Assembly: GCA_044222475.1 (NCBI GenBank)
Contig: JBGANF010000093.1
Span: 1-32,410, forward strand
DNA length: 32,410 nt
Reading direction: 5' to 3'
Source of the DNA: Polyangiaceae bacterium
GTDB taxonomy: Bacteria; Myxococcota_A; Polyangia; Polyangiales; Polyangiaceae
Shown here: positions 17,311-27,080 of the stretch, in pieces
Layout of the letters: the number at the start of each line of letters is the position of its first letter
Numbering within the stretch: the stretch's first letter is position 1
The notes under the pieces: generated by a model
Told to the model about the DNA's origin: nothing
Database searches by the model: none
The model's input: the letters and a program-made list of their open reading frames with translations, nothing else
Translations under genes and position numbers: made by a program

Positions 17311-18930
17311 TCAGGGGCAGGCGAACGTGCCGGCCATCTTCTTCGCCGACGAGTCGTAGAACCGACCCGTCTCGCTGAAGTACGGCGCGCCGTTGACGTC
17401 CTTGCTGATGCAGAAGACGACGATGTCCGACTGGGCTTCGTGCTGGGCCAGGTCGAAGTCGAGCGGACCCGACGCGCCGTTCACGTCGAGCGCGTTCCCA
17501 GTGCCCAGCACCTGGAATGCGTTCTTGATGCTGTCCGGCGTGAGATCGGTCTTGGTGCCGCCGACCATCTTCTTCATCGCGTCGGAGATCGCCTTGCCGG
17601 TGATCGGCGCCGTTCCGAGGGACGTCAGCGCGTACGCCAGCAGGTAGACCGAGTCGTACGCGCCCGCCATGCCGAAGACCGACGTGTCACCGCCGAACTT
17701 GCCCGAGTAGCGGAGCTTGAAGCCGTTGAAGAGCGCGTTCGTCGTGCCCGGCACCGTCCCGCGGATGCGGAGGCGCAGCGGGTCGTTCCCTTTCACCGCG
17801 TCGGTGGCGTCGACCTTGCGCGCCGCGTCGGTCAGGAGATAGAGCGGCCGCGGAGTCGCACCCGGCCAACCGGCCTCGACCGGGGTGAGGAACTTGGTGA
17901 TGACCTCGGCCGTGCCGACGAGCACCATGAGGTGCGGCTTGTCGGTGATGACGGTGCCGGCGGCGGCCGACGGATCGAGGGTGGTCGCGTCGTAGGAGAT
18001 CGGCTTGAACAGACCGGTGTTCGACGCGTCGGCGACCGGGAAGCCGTTGAGGTTGAGCCCGTTGGTCATCGCCGCGAGGAGGCCCTGGCCGTACGTGTTG
18101 TTCTGGTAGACGACGGTGAGCTTGATCTTCGTGACCGTCGGGTTGTCGGCCTTGAACTTCGTCTCCATCGCGTTGATCTGGTCCTTGATCGCCTCGGCTT
18201 GGAGCAGGTCGGACGGAGCGGTACGCCACACGAGCGGATCGAAGCCGGACAGGCTGGTGCTCGTCGCCGATGGCGTGATCAGGAACATCCCACCGGGGAT
18301 GGTGGCGTTTTGAGCCACCGCGGTGACGATGCCGCTGCCGCCGGGACCGATGACCGCCGACGCCTTCAGGTCGTTCAGGAGGTGCTGAGCCGCCTTGGTC
18401 GCGACCGTGTTGTCCGACGAGTCGTCGCACGCGACGAAGACGAGCGGGCGCGGCTTGCCACCGGTGCCTCCGGGCAGGCCGACGACCGTCTCTTCGAAGT
18501 CGGTCGCGGCGAGCTCGATGCTGTTCGTTCGCGCAACGCCCGACGCCTGGTTCACGCCCTTGAGCGAGAAGATGGACCCGATGATGATCGCGTCGTCGTT
18601 CTTGAGCGCCGCCGTGCCCTTGGCGAGGACCTTCGGGCACTCCGCCGAGAGGACCGGGACGCACACCGCGTCGCTCTTTCGGCAGATCTGCGGCCCGCCC
18701 GCGACGTCGGGGCAGTCGGCGTTCTTCGTGCAACCGCCGGCGCCGGGCCCGACGCAGACGTTGTCGACCGTGCAGCGCGCGGCAGCCGGGAACCCCCGCG
18801 CGACGCAGTCCGCGTCGACCGTGCACTGGGTCTGACCGTGGGTGACCACGAGCGTACAGGCGGTGACCGAGGCGACGACGAGCGCGGCGATGACGCCGGA
18901 AGAAAGCTTTCGACCGGAAGGCAAGCGCAT
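17311..18930 (-). CDS. LivJ/LivK-like (type I periplasmic binding fold) lipoprotein with Cys-rich N-terminus
   Basis: Lipobox [79 protein letters not shown]. Confidence 0.9.
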   Translation of the reverse strand: MRLPSGRKLSSGVIAALVVASVTACTLVVTHGQTQCTVDADCVARGFPAAARCTVDNVCVGPGAGGCTKNADCPDVAGGPQICRKSDAVCVPVLSAECPKVLAKGTAALKNDDAIIIGSIFSLKGVNQASGVARTNSIELAATDFEETVVGLPGGTGGKPRPLVFVACDDSSDNTVATKAAQHLLNDLKASAVIGPGGSGIVTAVAQNATIPGGMFLITPSATSTSLSGFDPLVWRTAPSDLLQAEAIKDQINAMETKFKADNPTVTKIKLTVVYQNNTYGQGLLAAMTNGLNLNGFPVADASNTGLFKPISYDATTLDPSAAAGTVITDKPHLMVLVGTAEVITKFLTPVEAGWPGATPRPLYLLTDAARKVDATDAVKGNDPLRLRIRGTVPGTTNALFNGFKLRYSGKFGGDTSVFGMAGAYDSVYLLAYALTSLGTAPITGKAISDAMKKMVGGTKTDLTPDSIKNAFQVLGTGNALDVNGASGPLDFDLAQHEAQSDIVVFCISKDVNGAPYFSETGRFYDSSAKKMAGTFACP

Positions 18931-18948
18931 CCCGCTAGCGTACCACCT

Positions 18949-20568
18949 TCAGGGGCAGGAGTAGGTCCCGACCATGGTCGCTTGGCCCGAGTCGTAGAAG
19001 CGTCCGGACGACAGGAACGTGGGATTTCCGCCGCCGTCCTTGCCGACGCACCACATGTCGATGTCGCTCGGAGCCTCGTGGAGGGTCAGGTCGAAGTTGA
19101 GCGGCCCCGACGCGCCGTCGATGTCGATCTTTCCGCCCGCCGTGCCGAGCGTCGCGAACGCAGCCTTGATGTTCGCCGGACCGACCTCGACCTTCGTGCC
19201 TCCGACCATGGCGGTGAGGCCGGTCGAGATGCCCGTCCCGTCGACGGGCTTCGTGCCGAGCGTCGCGATCGCGTACGCGAGGAGGTAGACGGAGTCGTAG
19301 CTGCCCGCGGCGCCGAAGATGTCGGCCGACTTGCTGAACTTGCCGTTGTACCGAATCGAGAACTGGTTGAAGAGCGCGCTCTTGGCACCCGGCACGCTCC
19401 CGCGGATGCGCGTTCGCAACCCGTCGTTGCCTTTGCACGCGTCGAGGAGCTCGGGCACCTCACCGCCGTCGGCGAAGAGGTAGAGCGGCCGCGTCGTGTT
19501 GGCGGACGGCCACGCCGCTTCGAGCTTGGTCATGATCGCCGACACGGTCTCGTTCGTGCCGAAGAGAGCGACGACGTTCGGCAGAAACGCGACGAGATCG
19601 GAGACGAGCTTTGCCTGATCGGGCGCCGCCGCCGCGTACTGCGTGGGCTTGAAGAGCGTCGCGTTCGACGGGTCGGCGATGGGGAAGCCGTTGAGCTTCA
19701 GCGTCTTCGTGATCGTGTTGTAGAGACCTTGCCCGTAACTGTCGTCCTTGTAGCCGATCGCGAGCTTGATCTTGGTGGTCTGCGGCAGCGCGTACTTGGT
19801 CTTGTACGCGTCCTCCATCTCGTTGATGGACTTCTCGAGCGGGATCGCCTGGAACACGTCGGACGGTGAGGTGCGCCAGAAGTAAGGCGAGATGCCGCTG
19901 AGCGCCGCGCTCGTCGCCGACGCCGAGATGAGGAGCGTCTTCTTCGGGATCGTGACGTTGTTTGCCACCGAGTTGCACAGACCGCTGAACGCCGGGCCCA
20001 TGATCGCCGGCACGCCGAGGTCGACGAGGTGTTGCGCTGCGCGCTGCGCCACCGTGCCGTCGGAGAGATCGTCGCAGGAGACGATCGCGATGGGGCGCGG
20101 TGGTTTCCCGCCCTCGGTGGGCGGAAGGCCGACGACGGTGTTCGCGATCTCTTCCTGCGCGAGGAGCGATCCGTTCAGCGAAGCGACGCCGGTGCTCGCG
20201 TTGACGCCCGTGAGCGAGAGCACGGACCCGAAGACGATCGCGTCGTCGCGCTCGATCGGTCCGAAGGTCTGCGTGCACTCCTTGGTGAGCACGGGGACGC
20301 ACACCGGCGAGCCGCTCGCGCGACTGCAGATGGATGCCTTGCCGCCGTTTTGAGCGATGCACTGCGCGTTGTTCGCGCAGCTCCCGACCGACGGGCCGAC
20401 GCAGATCTTGTCGGCGGTGCAGATCGCGTCCGCGGGGAACCCATGGTTGACGCAGTCGATGGTGGTCTCGCACTGAACCCCGCCGCTCTGGACGATCAGG
20501 CTGCAATCGAGCTGAAAACCGACGAGGACGGCCAAGATGGGGATGGGAAGGAAGCCTCGAAGCCGCAT
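18949..20568 (-). CDS. Paralogous LivJ/LivK-like binding lipoprotein with Cys-rich N-terminus
   Basis: Same architecture and identical length (539 aa): [64 protein letters not shown]; lipobox atypical (QLDC). Confidence 0.9.
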   Translation of the reverse strand: MRLRGFLPIPILAVLVGFQLDCSLIVQSGGVQCETTIDCVNHGFPADAICTADKICVGPSVGSCANNAQCIAQNGGKASICSRASGSPVCVPVLTKECTQTFGPIERDDAIVFGSVLSLTGVNASTGVASLNGSLLAQEEIANTVVGLPPTEGGKPPRPIAIVSCDDLSDGTVAQRAAQHLVDLGVPAIMGPAFSGLCNSVANNVTIPKKTLLISASATSAALSGISPYFWRTSPSDVFQAIPLEKSINEMEDAYKTKYALPQTTKIKLAIGYKDDSYGQGLYNTITKTLKLNGFPIADPSNATLFKPTQYAAAAPDQAKLVSDLVAFLPNVVALFGTNETVSAIMTKLEAAWPSANTTRPLYLFADGGEVPELLDACKGNDGLRTRIRGSVPGAKSALFNQFSIRYNGKFSKSADIFGAAGSYDSVYLLAYAIATLGTKPVDGTGISTGLTAMVGGTKVEVGPANIKAAFATLGTAGGKIDIDGASGPLNFDLTLHEAPSDIDMWCVGKDGGGNPTFLSSGRFYDSGQATMVGTYSCP

Positions 20569-20619
20569 GCGGTGAGAGTAGCAGATGGGGCAAAGGCTGT
20601 TCTAGGCTACGGAACCGCC

Positions 20620-22614
20620 ATGTCCTCGCCCAAGCAAGATCCCGGTTCGATGATGTCCGTCCTCAAGGAAGAGCGTCGCTTCGTCCCCGACGCGGGGTTC
20701 ACCAAGCACGCCCGCATCCAATCGCACGCGGAGTACGCGTCGCTGCATCGCAAGTCGATCGAAGAGCCGGAGTCGTTCTGGAGAGCGGAGACGCAGGATC
20801 TCGTCTGGCGCAAGACGTGGGACCAATTCTCCCAGTGGAACCTCCCCACCGCGAAGTTCTTCGTCGGGGCGAAGCTCAACCTCACCGAGAGCTGTCTCGA
20901 TCGTCACCTGAACACCGCGACCCGCACGCGCGCGGCGATCGTGTGGGAGGGCGAGCCGGGCGACGTGCGCACGCTCACCTACTTCGAGCTCCACCGCGAG
21001 GTCGTGCGTCTCGCGGCCGCGCTGATCGACCTCGGCGTCGCCACCGGCGATCGCGTCGCGATCTACATGGGGATGCTCCCCGAGACCGTCGTCGCGATGC
21101 TCGCGTGCGCGCGCCTCGGCGCGACCCACTCGGTCGTCTTCGGCGGGTTCTCTTCGGACGCATTGCGTGACCGCATCAACGACTGCGGCGCGAAGGTCCT
21201 CATCACGCAGGACGGCGCGTGGCGTCGCGGCGGTGTGGTGCCGCTGAAGCAGATGGCGGACAAGGCGCTCGAGAGCACGCCGTCGATCCAGCACGTCGTC
21301 GTGTTCCGCCGCATGGACGACGCGCGCGCTCCGGTCGTCATGAAGGAGGGCCGCGATCACTGGTGGAACGACATCCTCGCGCGCCCCGCGAGCGAGGCCG
21401 CGAAGAAGACGGCGCGCTCACCCGAGGCGTTCGACGCGGAGCACCCGCTGTTCATCCTCTACACCTCCGGCTCGACCGGAAAGCCGAAGGGCGTGCTCCA
21501 CACGACCGCCGGCTACCTCGCCGGCGCGCACGTCAGCGCGAAGTACATCTTCGATCTGCGTGACTCGGATCTCTACTGGTGCACCGCCGACGTCGGCTGG
21601 GTCACGGGCCACAGCTACATCGTGTACGGCCCGCTCTCGAACGGCGCGAGCTGCATGCTGTACGAGGGCGCGCCCAACTTCCCCGATTGGGGTCGCTTCT
21701 GGAACATCATCGAGAAGCACGGCGTGACGATCCTCTACACCGCGCCGACGGCGATCCGCGCGTTCATCCGCGCCGGCGACCAGTGGCCGAAGGCGCACGA
21801 TCTCTCGAGCCTGCGGCTCCTCGGCAGCGTCGGCGAGCCGATCAACCCGGAGGCGTGGGTCTGGTACCACGCGCAGATCGGCGGAGGCCGCTGCCCGATC
21901 GTCGACACGTGGTGGCAGACGGAGACCGGCAGCGTGATGCTGACGACGCTGCCCGGTGCTTGCTACTCGAAGCCCGGCTCGACGGGGCTTCCGTTCTTCG
22001 GCTGCGCCATCTCGGTCGTGAAGGACGACGGGACGCCGTGCGCCGCGAACGAGGGCGGCAAGCTCGTGATCGAGAAGCCATGGCCGTCGATGGCGCGCAC
22101 GCTCTACAAGGACGACGAGCGCTTCAAGAGCGCGTACTGGTCGCAGCTGCCGGGCAAGTACTTCACCGGCGACGGCGCGCGTCAGGATCAGGACGGGTAC
22201 TTCTGGGTCGTCGGCCGCATCGACGACGTGCTGAACGTGGCCGGGCACCGCATCGGAACGGCCGAGATCGAGAGCGCGCTGGTGAGCCACCCGTCGGTCG
22301 CCGAGGCGGCCGCGGTGGGCAAGCCGGACGATCTGAAGGGCCAGGCGCTGGTGGTCTTCGTGACGCTGAAGACGGGCCTCGCGGCGGACAAGGATCTCAA
22401 GGCGAAGCTCACCGAGCACATCGACAAGGAGATCGGGAAGTTCGCGCGACCGGATCAGATCCGCTTCACGGACTCGCTGCCGAAGACGCGAAGCGGAAAG
22501 ATCATGCGAAGGCTCCTGAAGGAGATCGCGAGCGGCTCGCTGGAGACGAAGGGCGACACGTCGACGCTGGAAGACCTGAGCGTCCTCGCGAAGCTGCGCG
22601 CGGACGAAGACTGA
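20620..22614 (+). CDS. acs: Acetate--CoA ligase (acetyl-CoA synthetase)
   Basis: [78 protein letters not shown]. Confidence 0.97.
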   Translation: MSSPKQDPGSMMSVLKEERRFVPDAGFTKHARIQSHAEYASLHRKSIEEPESFWRAETQDLVWRKTWDQFSQWNLPTAKFFVGAKLNLTESCLDRHLNTATRTRAAIVWEGEPGDVRTLTYFELHREVVRLAAALIDLGVATGDRVAIYMGMLPETVVAMLACARLGATHSVVFGGFSSDALRDRINDCGAKVLITQDGAWRRGGVVPLKQMADKALESTPSIQHVVVFRRMDDARAPVVMKEGRDHWWNDILARPASEAAKKTARSPEAFDAEHPLFILYTSGSTGKPKGVLHTTAGYLAGAHVSAKYIFDLRDSDLYWCTADVGWVTGHSYIVYGPLSNGASCMLYEGAPNFPDWGRFWNIIEKHGVTILYTAPTAIRAFIRAGDQWPKAHDLSSLRLLGSVGEPINPEAWVWYHAQIGGGRCPIVDTWWQTETGSVMLTTLPGACYSKPGSTGLPFFGCAISVVKDDGTPCAANEGGKLVIEKPWPSMARTLYKDDERFKSAYWSQLPGKYFTGDGARQDQDGYFWVVGRIDDVLNVAGHRIGTAEIESALVSHPSVAEAAAVGKPDDLKGQALVVFVTLKTGLAADKDLKAKLTEHIDKEIGKFARPDQIRFTDSLPKTRSGKIMRRLLKEIASGSLETKGDTSTLEDLSVLAKLRADED

Positions 22615-22617
22615 GAG

Positions 22618-22726
22618 AGAACCGCCAGGAGCGCCAAGAGCGCCAAGAGAAGGAGAAGAGGGGCGGACACCCAGCGCCAGACCACTCTCCTCTCTTGGCG
22701 ATCCTGGCGACCCTGGCGGTTTTCTT
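22618..22726. repeat. Palindromic element with 9-nt-periodic arms (REPIN/MITE-like)
   Basis: Left arm cgccagg/cgccaag/cgccaag at 22623, 22632, 22641; right arm cttggcg/cctggcg/cctggcg at 22694, 22703, 22712; between convergent stop codons. Confidence 0.88.
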
Positions 22727-23809
22727 CTACGCGGCGTCCTTCAGGATCTCGACTGCGCCGTCGGCGTCGTCGATGCCGGCGAGCACTGGGAGCAGCGTGT
22801 CTCGCTCCGGCGCTTCGCCGAAGGCGCCGCTCGGCGCGAGGGCCCGCGCCTGCGGCCCGTCGATCACGAGGAACACGTCCGACAGCCCGGGCGTCCCGGT
22901 CGAGATCACGTAGGCGATGCGCGCGCGATCGAGCGACAGCTCTTCGCGGCCGCGGCGAATGAGGACCCTCTTGTCGGTCACGAAGTAGCGCGTCTTCGAC
23001 GCGAGCTTCCGCGGGCGCAGCACGCTGTACCAGAACACGAGGAACCCGGCGGCCAGCGTGATCAGCGCGCCGAGCGCAATCCCACCGACGAACGCCGCCG
23101 AGAGCGGACCGCCGAGCACGTGCAGGCGCAGTACGCGCATCATCGGCGGAACCGAACGGATCGCGCTGATCGCCGCCGCAGCGACGAGCGCCACCGAGAG
23201 GAACGCCCCGAGACCGCGCCGGATCGTCCACGGCGACGTGCGCGGCGTGCCCGACCAGAGGACCCGCTCGCCGTCGTCGAGCCGCTGCGCCAGCGGCCGC
23301 GAACCATCACCCAGCGGCGCCGCCGGCTGGAGACCGCGCACGAGCGCCCAGATGCGATCGGGCGCTTCGATCCCCGCGAGGGACAACGAGAGCGTGCGCC
23401 GGAGGGCGCCGGTGGGGACGGCGCGAACGAGGACCAAATCGCCCACACCCTCGTGCCCTTCGCTCCAACGAATCCGCGCGTACGAGATCGCCGACCGCTC
23501 GATGCTCCGGCGCAGCGCGCCTCGGCGCCAGATGACGTGCCGATCGGTGATCATGTACTCGACCCGCGACTGCCAGACCCGCGGGAGCCGCCACGCGAGG
23601 AGCGCGATGCTGGCGCACCAACCCGCGAGCACGAGCATCCCCGTCACGTCGGTGCGGAGGGCGACCGCCGCCACCAGCGCGAAGAGCAGCGTGACGACGG
23701 AGAGGCTCGCGCACGCGACCGCGATCGACCGATAGAGCGGCGGCGTCGTGAGCGCCTTGGGGCGCCCCGACCATAGAATCCGCTCGCCGAACAGAGAATC
23801 GCGCGCCAT
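22727..23809 (-). CDS. Membrane protein with two tandem bacterial-PH-like repeats
   Basis: Start MARDSLFG; repeat 1 GERILWSGRP-2TM-YMITDRHVI, repeat 2 GERVLWSGTP-2TM-YFVTDKRVLI. Confidence 0.8.
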   Translation of the reverse strand: MARDSLFGERILWSGRPKALTTPPLYRSIAVACASLSVVTLLFALVAAVALRTDVTGMLVLAGWCASIALLAWRLPRVWQSRVEYMITDRHVIWRRGALRRSIERSAISYARIRWSEGHEGVGDLVLVRAVPTGALRRTLSLSLAGIEAPDRIWALVRGLQPAAPLGDGSRPLAQRLDDGERVLWSGTPRTSPWTIRRGLGAFLSVALVAAAAISAIRSVPPMMRVLRLHVLGGPLSAAFVGGIALGALITLAAGFLVFWYSVLRPRKLASKTRYFVTDKRVLIRRGREELSLDRARIAYVISTGTPGLSDVFLVIDGPQARALAPSGAFGEAPERDTLLPVLAGIDDADGAVEILKDAA

Positions 23810-23865
23810 GCGCCTCCCACACAACGTGTGCCGTGAGGGACGGAGTGTCCAGGGGTTGCGGCTCT

Positions 23866-24770
23866 TTATGTCGGCAGCGGAACCGGCGCATTCCGGCGTG
23901 CGGCGCCGCGGGCAAGCGCCGAACGTACGAGCATGTCGCACAGCTCGGGAAACGAGATCCCCGCAGCGAGCGCCGCCTCCGGATAGAGGCTCGTGGCGGT
24001 CATGCCGGGGATGGTGTTCACCTCGAGCAGGGCCACCGCGTCGTCCCGCCCGACGTCGCCGATGACGAAGTCGGCGCGCGAGAGGTCTCGGCAGCCGAGG
24101 GCGCGATGAGCCGCGAGGGCGACCTCGTGCACGCGCGCGGTCAACGCCTCGGGCAGGGCGGCCGGGCACACGTGGACGCTCCGGCCCGGTGCGTAGCGCG
24201 CCTGATAGGTGTAGAATGCATCTTTCGGGGCGACGATCTCGGTCGCGGCGAGCGCGCGCGGCGCGGCGCCGTGGACGTCGAGGATCGAGCACGTGATCTC
24301 GCGCCCTACCGCGAAGTGCTCGACGATCGCCGCGTCGTCCAGAGCGAAGACCGAGGCGAGCGCGCGCGCGACGTCGGCGTCCGTCGCCGTGTCGTCGAGG
24401 CGGGTCACGCCGATGGCGGAGCCGCTGGCCGCCGGCTTCACGACGAGCCGGCGACCGACGTCGCGCCGCAGCCGCGCGGCCACCGCTTCGTCCGCGCCGT
24501 CGGAGCGCCGCACCGTCGCGCCTCGCGCGATCGGCAGACCGGCAGCCGAGAACAGGGTGCGCGCGACCGACTTGTCCATCGCCGTCGCGCTGGCGAGCAC
24601 GTTGGATCCCACGTACGGAAAACCCAGCACCTCGAGGAGACCTTGAAGCGCGCCGTCTTCGCCCGAACGTCGTGCTTGGCGGCGAGGAGCGCCGCGGCGA
24701 CGCCGCGCGCGGACGCGCGACTCACCTCCGCTTCGGACGACGGACCGCCTTGAACGACGACGACGCGCAT
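23866..24770 (-). pseudogene. ddl: D-alanine--D-alanine ligase, frameshifted with internal deletion
   Basis: N-term MRVVVVQGGPSSEAEVSRASA...KHDV in one frame; GEDGALQGLLE..PYVGS...MDK...VVKP..GSAIG...EH...GRE...RADF...EVNTIPGMTATS in another; junction at ~24664-24665; DVVFxxLHG segment absent. Confidence 0.85.
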
Positions 24771-24776
24771 CGCTCG

Positions 24777-25217
24777 TCAGGCAGGGGTCTTCTTCGCGAG
24801 ATCGACCAGCTCGATGCCGAGCGACTGCGACATCTCGAAGATCTTGGGGTCGCGGTAGAACTCGCCGAACACGATCCGACCGATCCCGGCGTTCGCGATC
24901 AGGCGAAAACAGCTCCAGCACGGAGACGCGGTGACGTAGATGCCCGCCCCCTCGATCCGGACGCCGCTCTTGGCCGCCTGGACGATCGCGTTCGCCTCGG
25001 CGTGAACCGTGCGGACGCAGTGCCCTTCTTCCATGAGGTGCCCCACCTCGTCGCAGTGCGGGAGCCCGCGGATCGAGCCGTTGTACCCGGTCGCGAGGAT
25101 GATCTTGTCGCGCACGATCACCGCGCCGACGTGCTTCCGATCGCAGGTCGCGCGGGTCGCGACCTCGCGAGCGATGTTCATGAAGTACTCGTCCCAGGAC
25201 ACGCGATCTCGAGCCAT
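24777..25217 (-). CDS. dCMP deaminase (ComEB family)
   Basis: SWDEYFM, ATCDRKHVGAVIV, TGYNG, TVHAEANAI, SPCWSC zinc motif. Confidence 0.95.
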   Translation of the reverse strand: MARDRVSWDEYFMNIAREVATRATCDRKHVGAVIVRDKIILATGYNGSIRGLPHCDEVGHLMEEGHCVRTVHAEANAIVQAAKSGVRIEGAGIYVTASPCWSCFRLIANAGIGRIVFGEFYRDPKIFEMSQSLGIELVDLAKKTPA

Positions 25218-25308
25218 GAACGTCGTTCTACCGAAGTGCGCGACGCCTTGCGAGGGGAAGGGCCCCGAAGAAATAGTTTGACGGGACCGTTGGTCCTCGG
25301 GTTTACCG

Positions 25309-25836
25309 ATGGGCATGGCCGCGCCGCGCACCGTCCGTTCAGGTCGCCTCACGGTGTGGGCGGCGCTCGTCGCGCTGCTGGTTTGCGTCGGCGCCGGCGC
25401 CGGCGTCGTCCTCGCCGGCGGCGACGACCGCGCTGCGGCCGAAGCGATCCTGGCCCAGGTCGAGAAAGACCCCGACACGAAGGACGTCACGGCCGAGCCG
25501 GTGCGGCGCTCGCGAGACGCACTCGAGCGAGGCCGACGCATGCGCGCCGCAGGGGACGAGAAGCACGCGAAGCTCGCCGACGGGCTCGCGGTGGAGTGGG
25601 CGCGCGTCGCGCAAGACCTCCAGAAGACCGTCCAGATCGAGCGGCGCGCGCGCGATCTCGCCGCGAAGAGCGCCGACGCGGGCACGCAGGTCGATCGCGA
25701 GCGCACCCAGCTCGAGCAGCGACTCGCCGAGAACGGGCGCCTCGCCGCCGAGGCCGCTCGGCTCGAGGACGCAGGCGTCACGCGCGACGCGGGCGCTCCC
25801 AAGTCCACCGCGCTCAAGGATGGAGGCGCCCCGTGA
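25309..25836 (+). CDS. Hypothetical exported helical/coiled-coil protein (DUF4398-like)
   Basis: N-terminal hydrophobic segment, Ala/Arg/Glu-rich helices; stop overlaps the next start (GTGA); start may be 25315. Confidence 0.75.
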   Translation: MGMAAPRTVRSGRLTVWAALVALLVCVGAGAGVVLAGGDDRAAAEAILAQVEKDPDTKDVTAEPVRRSRDALERGRRMRAAGDEKHAKLADGLAVEWARVAQDLQKTVQIERRARDLAAKSADAGTQVDRERTQLEQRLAENGRLAAEAARLEDAGVTRDAGAPKSTALKDGGAP

Positions 25837-26936
25837 CGCTGCGCCGCAACGCGCTCGCGCTGGCGTTGAGCGTCGCGGCGCTCGCGTGCGCGGGCTGCGC
25901 AGGCGAGCGACCGAAGCTGCCGATCCTCGCCGACGTCGAGGGTGCCCACGTCTCGCCCGCATCGCGCGCGGCCCAGGCGAAGGCCCCCCAAGCGTACGCC
26001 GAGGCCGAAGCGCTGCAGAAGGAAGCCATCAAGGCCCACGAGGACGGTGACGACGTCACCGCAGAGCTCCTGGCCCAACGCGCGCTCGCCGCGTTTCAGC
26101 ACGCGGCGGTGCTCGCGCGAGGTGCCGATGCGCTTCGCGACGCCGCCGCGATCGAGGCCGAGCTCGCCCAGAAAGAGAGCGAGCTGGCCGGGCTCGTCGC
26201 TGCGCGCGCCGAAGCCTCGAAGCAGGGCGAAGAGCTCGCGAAGCGCGTCGCCGTGCTTCGCGCCCTGCGGGCTCCGCTCCCGAGCGACGCAACCGATCCG
26301 CAGCGTGAAGCGGCGAGGCTCGTCGCCGCGCGCGGGCTCGCCATGGATGCGCGTCTTCTTTGCGGCGCTGCGAAGCTCGTCGACAAGACGAACGCCGGCC
26401 TCGCCGATGCGGACAAGGCGGCGACCGACCTCGACAAGAAGCTCGAAGGCACGGTGAAGCCGGCTCCGATCGACGACGCGGCCGCCGCTCGGGTGACGTG
26501 CCTCGGCGTCCTCACCCGCGCGCGTCGCGCCGGCGCTCCGTCGTCGACCGCGGCCGACGTCCTCCTCGCCGAGCTCTCCGCTGCGGGGCAGAGCCCCTCA
26601 CGCGACGAGCGCGGCGTCGTGGTCACGCTGCGCGACGCGTACCGCGGAAACGCGCTCACGCCGGAGGCGCAGAAGGCGCTCGAGGCGCTCGGCCGCGTCG
26701 CCGCCGCCCACGCCGACGTCGGAGTGCAGGTCGTCGTCCACGACGCGACCGCGCTCGCGCAGGGTCCGGATCGCGCGCGCGTTGCCGGCGCGGCCCTCGC
26801 GACCGGAGGCGCCAAGGCCGATCGCACGGCCGCGGAGTACGCCGGGATCAAGATCCCGGTCGTCGATCCGGCGGACGCGAAGAACCGCGGCCGCAATGCG
26901 CGAGTCGACGTCGTCTTCGTCACTGTCGGCCCTTGA
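25833..26936 (+). CDS. Lipoprotein: DUF4398-like helices + degenerate OmpA-like C-terminal domain
   Basis: RBS ggagg, GTG 25833; lipobox LACAGC; AQAKAPQAYAEAE; DERGVVVTL...VQVVVH...DRA...NARVDVVFV. Confidence 0.8.
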   Translation: MTLRRNALALALSVAALACAGCAGERPKLPILADVEGAHVSPASRAAQAKAPQAYAEAEALQKEAIKAHEDGDDVTAELLAQRALAAFQHAAVLARGADALRDAAAIEAELAQKESELAGLVAARAEASKQGEELAKRVAVLRALRAPLPSDATDPQREAARLVAARGLAMDARLLCGAAKLVDKTNAGLADADKAATDLDKKLEGTVKPAPIDDAAAARVTCLGVLTRARRAGAPSSTAADVLLAELSAAGQSPSRDERGVVVTLRDAYRGNALTPEAQKALEALGRVAAAHADVGVQVVVHDATALAQGPDRARVAGAALATGGAKADRTAAEYAGIKIPVVDPADAKNRGRNARVDVVFVTVGP

Positions 26937-26947
26937 GGCGCCGGAGA

Positions 26948-27080
26948 AGAACCGCCAGGAGCGCCACGAGCGCCAAGTGAAGAGAGGAGAGTGGATGTGC
27001 CCTTGGTTCGGCGCGAGCCAACCCCTCTCGTCTCCTGGCGACCCTGGCGACCCTTTCTCCCCCTGGCGGTTTCTTCTTCT
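26948..27080. repeat. Second copy of the 9-nt-periodic palindromic element
   Basis: Left arm agaaccgccaggagcgccacgagcgccaag matches 22618-22647 at 29/30; right arm cctggcg at 27034, 27043, 27062 ending ccctggcggtttc. Confidence 0.88.

Noticed and set aside
24640..24690. Programmed frameshift in ddl
   Set aside because: No slippery run, and a conserved segment is missing altogether, so recoding would not restore the enzyme
22618..27080. Possible CRISPR repeats
   Set aside because: Copies are 4.3 kb apart with no regular repeat-spacer array and no cas genes
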